Source of the DNA: a bacterium
Lineage (GTDB): Bacteria; Zhuqueibacterota; Zhuqueibacteria; Residuimicrobiales; Krinioviventaceae
DNA: 64,000 nt
Direction of reading: 5' to 3'
Assembly: GCA_963675755.2 (NCBI GenBank)
Contig: CAXXMD010000003.1
Coordinates: forward strand, 1,152,001 to 1,216,000
Below are positions 28,595 to 38,753 of the stretch, in pieces. The notes under the pieces are model-generated. The model searched no databases. It saw only the letters and a program-made list of their open reading frames with translations, and was not told where the DNA came from. Every line of letters starts with the position of its first letter. Within the stretch, counting starts at the first letter, position 1. The position numbers were made by a program, and so were the translations under genes.

Positions 28595-30898
28595 ATGAAG
28601 AAAACTTGCATTGTAATTATGAGTTTTTGCTTATTATTAACAATTTCTTGTTTTAATAAAAGCAGCCAAGAATTGGTTTTAAAATACGATAAAAGCGCAG
28701 AACAATGGGAAGAAGCGCTTCCAATTGGTAATGGCAGGATTGGCGCCATGATCTTTGCCGGAACTGAAACAGATCGTATCCAGTTTAATGAAGAGACCCT
28801 TTGGAACGGAGAACCCCACGAATATCAAAATCCTGAAGCAGCAAAATATTTGTCCCGTATACGCAAATTATTGTTCGAAGGAAAGCAGAGACAGGCTGAA
28901 GATTTGGCAATGATACATTTCATGAGCAGTCCTCTGCGTCAAAAAGCATATCAATCCTTTGGTGATTTGTATCTGGAATTTAAAGGTCATGAAAATCCTA
29001 CCCAATATTCAAGAAAGCTTGATCTCAATACAGCCGTAGCCAGTGTTGATTACCAGATCAATGATGTTCAATATCATCGTGAATATATTGCATCAAATCC
29101 TGACCAGGTTATTGCCATTCATCTTTCTGCCAACAAAAAAGGCAAAATCTCTTTCTCCCTGAGCATGGATAGCATTCACCAGCAAAAGCAGATGCAGCCG
29201 GTTTCTGAGAATGAATATATACTCAATGTCAAAGTGGCTGATGGTGTTCTCAAAGGCCAGGCAAGACTCTGGATCCAAAACAATGGTGGTACGCTTTCTA
29301 GCGATAATTCAAAAATCACCGTTGCAAATGCTAATGATGTAACCCTGTATATGGCCATGTATACATCATATAAAAACTATAAAGATGTTTCAAATGATCC
29401 CGAAGCTCTGACTACCAACACTATCAATTCCATAAAAAATACATCCTATTCTACATTAAAATCTGCCCACATCAAGGATTATACAGAATTGTTTAACCGG
29501 GTCACTTTGGATCTTGGTAAAAATGAATCAATGGCATTAACAACAGATCAACGATTAAAACAGTTCAATACTACCTTTGATCCTCAATTGATGACACTCT
29601 ATTTTCAATATGGCCGCTATCTGATGATCTCCAGCAGCAGACCCGGCACCCAACCCGCAAATCTGCAGGGAATCTGGAACTATGAAAACGATCCGTCGTG
29701 GGATAGTAAATGGACAGTGAACATTAATACCGAAATGAATTTCTGGCCGGTTGAAGTTACCGCATTGTCAGAATGTCATGAAGCACTGTTTGAAATGATA
29801 GAAGATCTTGTAGAATCAGGCAGTAAAACTGCCAAAGCCCATTATAACTGCCGGGGCTGGGTATTACATCACAATACCGATATCTGGCGCGGTACTGCTC
29901 CCATCAACCATTCCAATCATGGCATTTGGGTGTCTGGTGGCGCATGGCTTTCTACACACATGTGGGAACATTATCTCTATACTCTCGACAAGCAATTTTT
30001 AAAAGACCGGGCGTATCCGGTAATGAAAGGTGCTGCTACCTTTTTTGTCGATTTTTTGGTCAAAGACCCTGAAACCGGCTGGCTGATCAGCACTCCATCC
30101 AATTCGCCCGAAAACGGGGGACTGGTTGCGGGTCCTACAATGGATCATCAGATCATTCGCTCATTATTTGGCGCGGTTATTCAGGCATCAGAAATTCTAG
30201 AAACCGACAAAGCTTTTGCAGATACATTAAAAACCATGCGCGAACAAATTGCCCCTAACCAAATTGGCAAACATGGTCAATTGCAGGAATGGCTGCAGGA
30301 CATAGATTATCCTGAAAACCACCATCGTCATGTTTCACATCTGTGGGGTGTACATCCCGGCAACGATATCAACGAGTCTACTCCTGAGCTGATGAAAGCG
30401 GCAAAACAATCATTGCTCTTTCGTGGAGATGAGGGTACCGGCTGGAGCCTGGCATGGAAAATCAATTTCTGGGCACGGTTCAAAGACGGCAACCATGCAA
30501 TGTTGTTAATTCGCAGACAACTCACTCCGGAAGCAGATGCCAGAAAGAAAAACGAACGTGGCGGCAGTTATGCCAATCTTTTTGATGCACACCCGCCATT
30601 CCAGATTGACGGAAACTTTGGTTTTACAGCGGGTATTGCAGAGATGCTTATGCAAAGCCATCAGAACAAAATCGATTTATTACCAGCCCTGCCAGATTTA
30701 TTGCCAAACGGTTCAGTGTCCGGATTACGTGCACGCGGAGGCTTTATCGTCAACATGGAATGGAATGCTAACAGATTAAAATCTGTCACGATAGAATCTC
30801 TTCAGGGACAACCCTGTACCGTGAGCTATGGAGATATTTCTACAACACTTGATCTTGAAAAAGGTGAAAAAATTAAACTCGATGCTAATTTACAATAA
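28595..30898 (+). CDS. Glycoside hydrolase family 95 (alpha-1,2-L-fucosidase)
   Basis: [53 protein letters not shown]. Confidence 0.95.
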   Translation: MKKTCIVIMSFCLLLTISCFNKSSQELVLKYDKSAEQWEEALPIGNGRIGAMIFAGTETDRIQFNEETLWNGEPHEYQNPEAAKYLSRIRKLLFEGKQRQAEDLAMIHFMSSPLRQKAYQSFGDLYLEFKGHENPTQYSRKLDLNTAVASVDYQINDVQYHREYIASNPDQVIAIHLSANKKGKISFSLSMDSIHQQKQMQPVSENEYILNVKVADGVLKGQARLWIQNNGGTLSSDNSKITVANANDVTLYMAMYTSYKNYKDVSNDPEALTTNTINSIKNTSYSTLKSAHIKDYTELFNRVTLDLGKNESMALTTDQRLKQFNTTFDPQLMTLYFQYGRYLMISSSRPGTQPANLQGIWNYENDPSWDSKWTVNINTEMNFWPVEVTALSECHEALFEMIEDLVESGSKTAKAHYNCRGWVLHHNTDIWRGTAPINHSNHGIWVSGGAWLSTHMWEHYLYTLDKQFLKDRAYPVMKGAATFFVDFLVKDPETGWLISTPSNSPENGGLVAGPTMDHQIIRSLFGAVIQASEILETDKAFADTLKTMREQIAPNQIGKHGQLQEWLQDIDYPENHHRHVSHLWGVHPGNDINESTPELMKAAKQSLLFRGDEGTGWSLAWKINFWARFKDGNHAMLLIRRQLTPEADARKKNERGGSYANLFDAHPPFQIDGNFGFTAGIAEMLMQSHQNKIDLLPALPDLLPNGSVSGLRARGGFIVNMEWNANRLKSVTIESLQGQPCTVSYGDISTTLDLEKGEKIKLDANLQ

Positions 30899-30915
30899 CC
30901 ATTCAAAGGACTATT

Positions 30916-33264
30916 ATGTTTAAAAAATTTATTTTGGTTTTGCTGCTTTCCGTGCTTGGGTGCAGCAATATAAACAATACTAAAAAACCTGTAGATTATG
31001 TAAATCCGTTTGTTGACTCTCACAAATCCCGCTGGTTCTTTTTCTCATCAGCAACACGTCCTTTTGGCATGGTAAACCTGAGTCCGGATACTCAGACAGA
31101 AGGCAGTTGGAATTCAGGATACCTCTATGACAGCACCCGTGTACGCTGTTTCAGTCATATTCATGCATGGCAGCTTTCTGGCGTTGCGGTCATGCCGACT
31201 ACCGGTGAATTTAAAGGCCACCTGGGAATGGATGCATATCAATCTTCTTTTTCTCACGATACCGAAATCGCAAAACCCGGTTACCACAAAATCGTATTGG
31301 ATGATTACAACATAACCGCTGAACTGACAGCAACCCAACGCGTAGGGTTCCACAAATACCTGTTCCCGGAATCTGACCAGAGTTATATACTCTTTGATAC
31401 CGGAGCCTACCTTGCTCACAGCCCTACAAGAAAATCTTATGTAGAAAAAATAAGTGATACCGAAATTGAGGGCTGGGCCTTGATGGGCCCAACCCGCCGC
31501 AGACCCAAAGCCACGTTTGTTTATTTTGTCGCAAAAACCAATCAACCCATGCAGGAATTTGGTGGCTGGGAACAAGGTGTTGTTGTAGAAGGCGAGACCA
31601 CTTCTATAGCAGGCCCCAATGCTGGTGCCTTTATGCGCTTTAATACCGAAAAAAATAAACCTGTGCTTCTCAAAGTAGCTATTTCTTATACCAGCATTGA
31701 TGGCGCAAGAAATAATATGAATGCCGAGCTGGACCATTGGGACTTTGACCTTGTGAAATCAGATGCAATAAACGAATGGAACGACTGGCTCAGCCGCATT
31801 GAGGTCAAGGGTGGCACTGAAACCCAAAAGATCAAACTCTATACCGACTTGTGGCATGCCATTCAGGGTCGCAGAATCATCAGCGATGTGGATGGCAAGT
31901 ATTGCGACATGACTGGTGAAAATCCGGTTGTTAAACAAATCCCGTTAAATAGTCAGGGCATTCCCCAACACAATCACTACAATTTTGATGGTTGGTGGGG
32001 CAGTCATTGGTCTCTCAATATTCTCTGGTCTATGATCTACCCGGAAGTAGTAGATGACTTTTGCAACAGTATGATCGATATGTACCAAAACGGCGGCCTC
32101 ATTCCACGTGGCCCCTCGGGAGGCAATTACACCTATGTGATGATTGGTGACCCCGCAGCGCCCATTTTTGCGTCTGCTTATAATAAAGGCATCCGCAATT
32201 GGGATACAGAAGCCGCATATACCGGTCTTCGTAAAAACGCCTTTCCCGGTGGTATTCGTGACCGAGCAGGATACGAACACGGACCCAATCCCAAAGGCGG
32301 CGGTATGATCTATTACGTCAACAGAGGTTACGTACCTGAAGGCCTAGAGGGAGAGGGATACCATAAAGATGGCGCTGCCATGACCCTGGAATATGCCTAT
32401 CAGGATTGGTGCTTGGGTCAACTGGCTAAAGCACTGGGTAAAACTGAAGATTATGATCTGTTTACCAAACGCGCGCAAAACTATAAAAACCTGTGGGATC
32501 CCTCTGTTAACTTTATGCGCCCACGCAACATGGATGGTTCCTGGCTGCCGGATTTCAAACCAGTAGGTGAAGGATTCAACACCATAGGCTTTTGCGAAAG
32601 CAACTCGGCAATATATACTCATTTTGTTCCTCACGATGTTAAAGGATTAGCGGAACTGTTTGGTGGAGTTGAAGCCTATACCGATTCGCTCAACGCTGCT
32701 TTTGAACGCGCTCAAGGCAACAAGTTTATTGCAAAACATGGACAGCACAGCATCAGCTGGGTTGATTATGAAAACCAACCCGCAACAGGTATGGCCCATC
32801 TGTTCAATTACAGTGGCGCTCCCTGGCTGACTCAAAAATGGGTGCGTTTGATCAAAGAACAAACATTTGGTGATATTACCCCTTATGGCGGTTACAACGG
32901 TGATGAAGACCAGGGTCAGATGGGTGCCTTGGGTGTATTGATGGCAATCGGTTTATTTCAGGAAGATGGTGGAGCGTCTATAAATAACTGGTATGATATT
33001 ACCAGCCCCATATTCGACGAAATTACCCTGCACCTGAATAACGATTATTTCCCTGGCAGCACTTTTACCATTAAAACAAAAAACAATTCCGCTGAAAACA
33101 TGTATATCCAATCCGCAACGCTAAACGGTGAAACATTGAATAAAAGCTGGTTTGGTCATGATGTTTTTGCCAAAGGCGGAACCCTGGAACTTGTTATGGG
33201 ACCTGAGCCTAACAAAAACTGGGCAAGCGATATTAATAGCTTACCCCCCTCGAACGGAAAATAA
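30916..33264 (+). CDS. Glycoside hydrolase family 92 (alpha-mannosidase-like), lipoprotein
   Basis: VLGC lipobox; PFGMVNLSPDT; TLEYAYQDW; VPHDV; GDEDQGQM. Confidence 0.92.
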   Translation: MFKKFILVLLLSVLGCSNINNTKKPVDYVNPFVDSHKSRWFFFSSATRPFGMVNLSPDTQTEGSWNSGYLYDSTRVRCFSHIHAWQLSGVAVMPTTGEFKGHLGMDAYQSSFSHDTEIAKPGYHKIVLDDYNITAELTATQRVGFHKYLFPESDQSYILFDTGAYLAHSPTRKSYVEKISDTEIEGWALMGPTRRRPKATFVYFVAKTNQPMQEFGGWEQGVVVEGETTSIAGPNAGAFMRFNTEKNKPVLLKVAISYTSIDGARNNMNAELDHWDFDLVKSDAINEWNDWLSRIEVKGGTETQKIKLYTDLWHAIQGRRIISDVDGKYCDMTGENPVVKQIPLNSQGIPQHNHYNFDGWWGSHWSLNILWSMIYPEVVDDFCNSMIDMYQNGGLIPRGPSGGNYTYVMIGDPAAPIFASAYNKGIRNWDTEAAYTGLRKNAFPGGIRDRAGYEHGPNPKGGGMIYYVNRGYVPEGLEGEGYHKDGAAMTLEYAYQDWCLGQLAKALGKTEDYDLFTKRAQNYKNLWDPSVNFMRPRNMDGSWLPDFKPVGEGFNTIGFCESNSAIYTHFVPHDVKGLAELFGGVEAYTDSLNAAFERAQGNKFIAKHGQHSISWVDYENQPATGMAHLFNYSGAPWLTQKWVRLIKEQTFGDITPYGGYNGDEDQGQMGALGVLMAIGLFQEDGGASINNWYDITSPIFDEITLHLNNDYFPGSTFTIKTKNNSAENMYIQSATLNGETLNKSWFGHDVFAKGGTLELVMGPEPNKNWASDINSLPPSNGK

Positions 33265-33276
33265 CGGGAGATAAAG

Positions 33277-35241
33277 TTGAGAATAACAGCGGTTATTATA
33301 CTATCTATTCTAAGCATGTTGGGAAATGTCACTGCAGAAGAAATGCCCTTAAACCTGCTAAGCGGTAACTATACATATAATGATATTTCAACATCACTTT
33401 TATCAATAGATAACTGGCACCCCTGGCCATCCATATCAAATACGAGTGAATGGTCTGAACTTTCAGCAAACCTGAAAACCAACCTGTTGAATGAGGGAGT
33501 AGCACTTTTAGATTGTCAATGGCCCTCACTGCCTGCCACCCTATTTCTCGAATTTAACAGAATGGGTAATCGCACCAATTATCAGAATGCCTGTTTTCAA
33601 CGAAGAAACCAGTTGGGTAAACTGGTTATTGCTGAATGTGTGGAAAATAAGGGTCGTTTCCTCGATGAAATTGCGAACGGCATTTGGGCCATATGCGAAG
33701 AAACGTATTGGGGTGTGCCAGCTCATGTTCACTTGCAAAAAGATGAATCAGGCTTGCCCGATGTATCAGAGCCCACGGTAGATCTGTTTGCCGCAGAAAC
33801 CGGTGCACTGTTGGCCTGGACCTATTATCTGCTTGAAGACAAGTTGGATGCAATCTCTCCACTTGTCAATAAACGTATTGAGCTTGAAATCAAGCGACGC
33901 ATAATTGATGTTTGCCTGGAACGGGATGACTTTTGGTGGATGGGGTTAAGCCGTGTAAGAACGGTTAACAATTGGAATCCCTGGGTATGCTCAAACTGGT
34001 TAACCTGTGTTTTAATAATTGAAAATGATCCACAAAAACGTGTGGATTCGGTATACAAGATTATGCGCTGCCTGGATGAATTTATCAATCCTTATCCACG
34101 TGATGGTGGGTGTGATGAAGGCCCCGGTTATTGGGGACGAGCCGGAGCTTCATTGTATGATTGTCTTGAATTATTACAATCTGCAACCCAGGGCAAAGTA
34201 GATATTTTCGACGAGCCCCTGATCCAGGAAATGGGACGCTATATCTATCGTGTATATGTTGACAATGGATATTATATAAACTTTGCTGACGCAAGTGCAA
34301 AAGCAGGTTCTAACACATACGTAACTTTCCGTTATGGAAAATCAATCAAAGATCAAAGGATGCAGGGATTTGCTGCGTATCACTTTCACAAATCCAATCC
34401 TGAAAAAACGGCTCCTTCCTTTAGCGGAAAAGCCATGGGTAGAACGCTTCCCGCAATATTCACATACAAAGAACTCTTGGAAGCAAAACCCAAATTCAGC
34501 CCTGAACCAGATTATTGGTTCTATGACCTTGAGGTTATGCTTGCACGTTCAACTGATGAAAATGGCAAAGGTCTCTATATTGCCGCTAAAGGAGGTCACA
34601 ATAACGAAAGTCATAACCACAACGATGTGGGAAATTTTATTGTTTATTCAGACGGATGGCCGGCGCTTATAGATGTAGGTGTTGAAACCTATACCAAAAA
34701 GACGTTCAGCGGGCAGCGCTATGAAATCTGGACGATGCAATCTGCCTATCACAACTTGCCTGTTATTAACGGTATTATGCAGCATAATGGCAGACAATTT
34801 AAAGCTACGGATGTACAATACAACAGCAATAAAAAACGGGTCGAATTTGAATTAAATCTGACAAAAGCATATCCCGAGGATGCTGGTGTAAAATCCTGGA
34901 AGCGAAAGATCACTTTTAACCGTAATAAAGATATTACCCTGACAGATCAGTACATGCTTGACAAAACGGAAAAACCTCTGCAATACACACTCATGACCTG
35001 GGCTGAACCAACCATCGACAAAGCAGGGATAATTAGAATACAATTGGCAAACCGCACAGATAATGCGGCAAAAGATATATTGATTTCGTATACCAAAAAC
35101 AATCTGTCTGTAGAAATTGAACCTATTGAAATAACAGATGGACGTTTGAAAAGCGTGTGGCAGGATAAAGTATATCGCATTCTGTTTACCGAGAAATCAT
35201 TAAAACAAAAAGGTGAAAACAAGATTAAAATTTCCCAATAA
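33277..35241 (+). CDS. Heparinase II/III-family polysaccharide lyase
   Basis: NNWNPW, DGGCDEGPGYW, NFADA, KGGHNNESHNHNDVGNF. Confidence 0.88.
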   Translation: MRITAVIILSILSMLGNVTAEEMPLNLLSGNYTYNDISTSLLSIDNWHPWPSISNTSEWSELSANLKTNLLNEGVALLDCQWPSLPATLFLEFNRMGNRTNYQNACFQRRNQLGKLVIAECVENKGRFLDEIANGIWAICEETYWGVPAHVHLQKDESGLPDVSEPTVDLFAAETGALLAWTYYLLEDKLDAISPLVNKRIELEIKRRIIDVCLERDDFWWMGLSRVRTVNNWNPWVCSNWLTCVLIIENDPQKRVDSVYKIMRCLDEFINPYPRDGGCDEGPGYWGRAGASLYDCLELLQSATQGKVDIFDEPLIQEMGRYIYRVYVDNGYYINFADASAKAGSNTYVTFRYGKSIKDQRMQGFAAYHFHKSNPEKTAPSFSGKAMGRTLPAIFTYKELLEAKPKFSPEPDYWFYDLEVMLARSTDENGKGLYIAAKGGHNNESHNHNDVGNFIVYSDGWPALIDVGVETYTKKTFSGQRYEIWTMQSAYHNLPVINGIMQHNGRQFKATDVQYNSNKKRVEFELNLTKAYPEDAGVKSWKRKITFNRNKDITLTDQYMLDKTEKPLQYTLMTWAEPTIDKAGIIRIQLANRTDNAAKDILISYTKNNLSVEIEPIEITDGRLKSVWQDKVYRILFTEKSLKQKGENKIKISQ

Positions 35242-35320
35242 TATTATTAACAATCATTAAACTACTTGATTATTTTAATAATTTGTAATATTATAACATA
35301 ATGATACAGGATCTTCTTAA

Positions 35321-36211
35321 ATGGAAATAGCATATAAGACAAAAAATGGTGTCTTCCTTAAAGGGAATATTGAAAATTTTTTTGACAGTGAATTATCAAC
35401 CAAATATTCCAACAAAATAAATTTAATTTTTACTTCACCACCATTTCCTTTAAATCGTAAAAAAAAATATGGAAATCTTCAAGGTGAAGATTATATTAAT
35501 TGGCTTTCCTCTTTATCAAAAAAATTTAAAAATTTATTAACTGAGGATGGTTCAATCGTTATAGAATTAGGGAATTCTTGGGAACCTCAAAAACCAGTAA
35601 TGTCAATTCTTTCAATTAAAGCGCTATTGAATTTTTTAGAAAATGGCGACTACAATTTATGCCAACAATTCATTTGGTATAATATTGCTAAATTACCGAG
35701 CCCAGCACAATGGGTAAATGTTGAAAGAATAAGAGTAAAAGATTCATTTACTAACATCTGGTGGATGGGTAAAAATGAAAAACCAAAAGCAAATAATAGA
35801 AATGTTTTGAAAGAATATAGCTCTTCAATGAAAAAGTTACTAAAAAACCAAAAATACAATTCTGGTTTACGTCCTTCAGAACATTTTATTGGAGATAAAT
35901 CATTTTTAAAGAACAATAATGGTGCTATACCTTCAAATGTGCTTATCTCTGCTAATACAACTTCCAACTCAAGTTATCAAAAATATTGCAAAAAAAATGG
36001 TTATCAATTACATCCTGCAAGAATGCCTGCTGATATACCATTTTTCTTTATAAAATTTTTAACCGAACCAGGGGATTTAATTTTAGATCCATTTGCGGGG
36101 AGTAATACAACTGGTTCTGTTGCAGAAGAATTAAATCGAAATTGGATTGCAATTGAACCAAACGAAGAATACATAGAAGGTTCAAAGGGCAGATTTAACT
36201 ACATAGACTAA
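35321..36211 (+). CDS. Site-specific N4-cytosine DNA methyltransferase, beta class (M.PvuII-like)
   Basis: Catalytic TSPPF near the N-terminus (FTSPPFPLNRKKKYGN), HPARMP, and SAM-binding LDPFAGSNTTG near the C-terminus. Confidence 0.92.
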   Translation: MEIAYKTKNGVFLKGNIENFFDSELSTKYSNKINLIFTSPPFPLNRKKKYGNLQGEDYINWLSSLSKKFKNLLTEDGSIVIELGNSWEPQKPVMSILSIKALLNFLENGDYNLCQQFIWYNIAKLPSPAQWVNVERIRVKDSFTNIWWMGKNEKPKANNRNVLKEYSSSMKKLLKNQKYNSGLRPSEHFIGDKSFLKNNNGAIPSNVLISANTTSNSSYQKYCKKNGYQLHPARMPADIPFFFIKFLTEPGDLILDPFAGSNTTGSVAEELNRNWIAIEPNEEYIEGSKGRFNYID

Positions 36212-36220
36212 TTTAACATT

Positions 36221-37024
36221 ATGGCAAGATTACTAGTTACTTCAGACAACTCATGGTATGAAGAGTTAGCATTAATAGCTTCATATTATGAGTCAGAATT
36301 TCAACGGACAATTAAACAACATGTAACAAAAGTTTTCCCCGATTATTTTGTATTAGACTTTACAATGAATGTTTATTCTAATTCTAAGGGACCGAAAAAG
36401 CCAGATATGGTTATGGTTAGTAAGGACTGTAGCGATTGGTGGATAATAGAATTAGAGTTAAGTTCACATACTCTCAATCATGTAGAAGAGCAGGTTGAAG
36501 TATTTGTAAATGGTGATTACAATGCTTATGAAGTCTCAGAATATATTATAAAAAAAAGTAAAAATTTATACATTAATTTTTTGCCCCAAAAAAAACTGTC
36601 TAAACTTATTCAATTAAAACAACCAAACGTTTTGGTTATTGTAGATGAACCAAAAAATAAATGGGAAAAAGCATTAAATTCACTGGGTGCAAGGTTATGT
36701 GTGTTCCAAGTTTACAAAAACACAAATGGAACTGAAGCCTATAGATTAGATGGAATTTATCCAGATATTCAACAAAAAGAATCACATTGTAATTATCATA
36801 AATCAATACCAAACTTGCTAGAAGTTCTGTCTCCTGATTTACTAGAAATTGAAGATGATGAGATACAAATAAGTTTCAATAATAAACTTACTACTTGGAA
36901 AAAAATATTTTTAGAAAACAAAGTTTATCTTAAATCAATAGGTTCAATCAATCCAGTACCTGCAAATAATAATTATGTATTATATATTGATTCTAATAAC
37001 CGTTTTATTTTAAAAATTAACTAA
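36221..37024 (+). CDS. Hypothetical protein, putative PD-(D/E)xK-like nuclease
   Basis: E..F helix, KPDMVMV and WWIIELELSSH resemble a PD...ExK core with K replaced by E; lies between the MTase and the ATPase. Confidence 0.5.
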   Translation: MARLLVTSDNSWYEELALIASYYESEFQRTIKQHVTKVFPDYFVLDFTMNVYSNSKGPKKPDMVMVSKDCSDWWIIELELSSHTLNHVEEQVEVFVNGDYNAYEVSEYIIKKSKNLYINFLPQKKLSKLIQLKQPNVLVIVDEPKNKWEKALNSLGARLCVFQVYKNTNGTEAYRLDGIYPDIQQKESHCNYHKSIPNLLEVLSPDLLEIEDDEIQISFNNKLTTWKKIFLENKVYLKSIGSINPVPANNNYVLYIDSNNRFILKIN

Positions 37025-37036
37025 GAGGAACTAGTT

Positions 37037-38560
37037 ATGGAATTACAATTAGGGCCTGAAATTATATTGTCTTATAAAAGATTGGCATATACTCCTTGGT
37101 ATGCTTTTGCAGAATTTATTGATAATTCAACCCAAGCTTACTTCAACAACTCAGAAGAACTTGATAAAATTTATAAAAATGAAAACAAAAATTTAACAAT
37201 TAGTATTAAATATAACAATGGTGAAGATAAATATATTGAAATTACAGACAATTCTATGGGAATGGATGAAAATGAATTAATAAATGCTGTTATACTTGGA
37301 AAAACACCAAAGAATAATAATTGGCGTTCAAAATATGGAATTGGATTAAAAACTGCTGCTTGCTGGTTTGGCAATAAATGGACCGTAAAAACAACAAAAT
37401 ATAATGATGATAAAGAACATGAAATTGAATTTAATGTTGCAGAAATTGCTTCTAACAATAGAGATCTTAATCATAAAACAAAAAAAGTGGGCAAAAAAAG
37501 TCATTATACTATTATCAAAATTTATGATCTTAACAGAAATTTATATGGTCGAACTATTCAAAAAATAAAACAACATTTACGTTCTATTTACAGAATAGAT
37601 ATGAATAAATATGGACTTGAACTTTTTTGGCAAGACGAAAAGTTAGAATGGAATTACGAAAAAGAAATAAATAGTCGACTACTTAAAAATATCGACAATG
37701 AAATTATTAAAAGAGAATTTGAGTTTGAAATATATAATAAAAAAGTACATGGTTGGGCTGGCGTTTTTGAAAAAGGTAGTAGGTCTGATGCAGGCTTTTC
37801 TATAATTCAAGCCGACCGGATTATACAAGGGTGGCCTTCATCTTATCGTCCTTCATTATTATTTGGTCCACAAGAAGGAGGAAGAAATGATTTAGTTAAC
37901 CAAAGATTAGTTGGTGAACTTTTTTTTGAAGGTTTTGAAGTCAGTCATACAAAAGACGCAATCCTTTTTTTAGATGATGAAGAGGATTTGCTTGATTCAT
38001 TATTAAATAAAAAAATAGGTGATTTAAAAAAGAAAGCCACTACTTTTAGAAAATATAATTCAGATGAAAGAACTGCGGAGGAAGCTTTTACTGATGATGC
38101 AATATCCGAATTTGAATCAGAATTAAACTCCAAAGAAATGGAAGACTTCATCAAACTATTTGAAATTCCTCCTGAAATGTTAATTAAAGAATCAAATAAA
38201 GTATTAAAAGAAAAAATATTAAAAAAAATACCCCCAACAATTAATGTTAAAATAAATAACTTATTAGTAAAAATATACTTAATCGATGACATGTCAATTA
38301 ATGATCCATATGTAATTACTGAATCAACTCAATTAGAAACTCAAGTAATAGTAATTATTAATAAATCCCACCCACATTGGTTTCATCTTCAATCAAAAGA
38401 AAGTATTTTAAATTACATTAGAAATTCCGTTTACGATGGTGTTGCAGAATGGAAAGCATACTTTTTAACCCAAAATTTTGATCCTGAAACAATAAAACTA
38501 ATTAAAGACAAATTACTACGTTTACCATTTGAAATAGATAAAAATAGTATTAATCTATAA
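37037..38560 (+). CDS. MORC-type GHKL ATPase
   Basis: AFAEFIDNS (N-box), ITDNSMGM (G1), SKYGIGLKTA (G2), YTIIKI; S5-like region QRLVGEL...VSHTKD. Confidence 0.85.
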   Translation: MELQLGPEIILSYKRLAYTPWYAFAEFIDNSTQAYFNNSEELDKIYKNENKNLTISIKYNNGEDKYIEITDNSMGMDENELINAVILGKTPKNNNWRSKYGIGLKTAACWFGNKWTVKTTKYNDDKEHEIEFNVAEIASNNRDLNHKTKKVGKKSHYTIIKIYDLNRNLYGRTIQKIKQHLRSIYRIDMNKYGLELFWQDEKLEWNYEKEINSRLLKNIDNEIIKREFEFEIYNKKVHGWAGVFEKGSRSDAGFSIIQADRIIQGWPSSYRPSLLFGPQEGGRNDLVNQRLVGELFFEGFEVSHTKDAILFLDDEEDLLDSLLNKKIGDLKKKATTFRKYNSDERTAEEAFTDDAISEFESELNSKEMEDFIKLFEIPPEMLIKESNKVLKEKILKKIPPTINVKINNLLVKIYLIDDMSINDPYVITESTQLETQVIVIINKSHPHWFHLQSKESILNYIRNSVYDGVAEWKAYFLTQNFDPETIKLIKDKLLRLPFEIDKNSINL

Positions 38561-38711
38561 CTTTCAAATTATTTTGTTCTTCCTCACTGTAATGCCATTT
38601 TCAAAGTCATTATTTAAATCATTACTAATTCTGGTATAACATTTGCTATTTTCCAGTTGTTGTACTATCTTTACTGAATATTAATAGAAAACCAAGTACA
38701 AATTTCACATT

Positions 38712-38743
38712 AAATTGTAAATTTTACCTGAAATTTACAATTT
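38712..38743. promoter_or_regulatory. 13-bp inverted repeat just upstream of the pyk RBS (operator or leader hairpin)
   Basis: AAATTGTAAATTT-TACCTG-AAATTTACAATTT. Confidence 0.5.
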
Positions 38744-38753
38744 GAGGATAAAT

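Noticed and set aside
35252-38625. AATCATTA on both sides of the MTase-MORC island as a target-site duplication
   Set aside because: An 8-bp AT-rich match is expected by chance here, and no integrase or tRNA is nearby.
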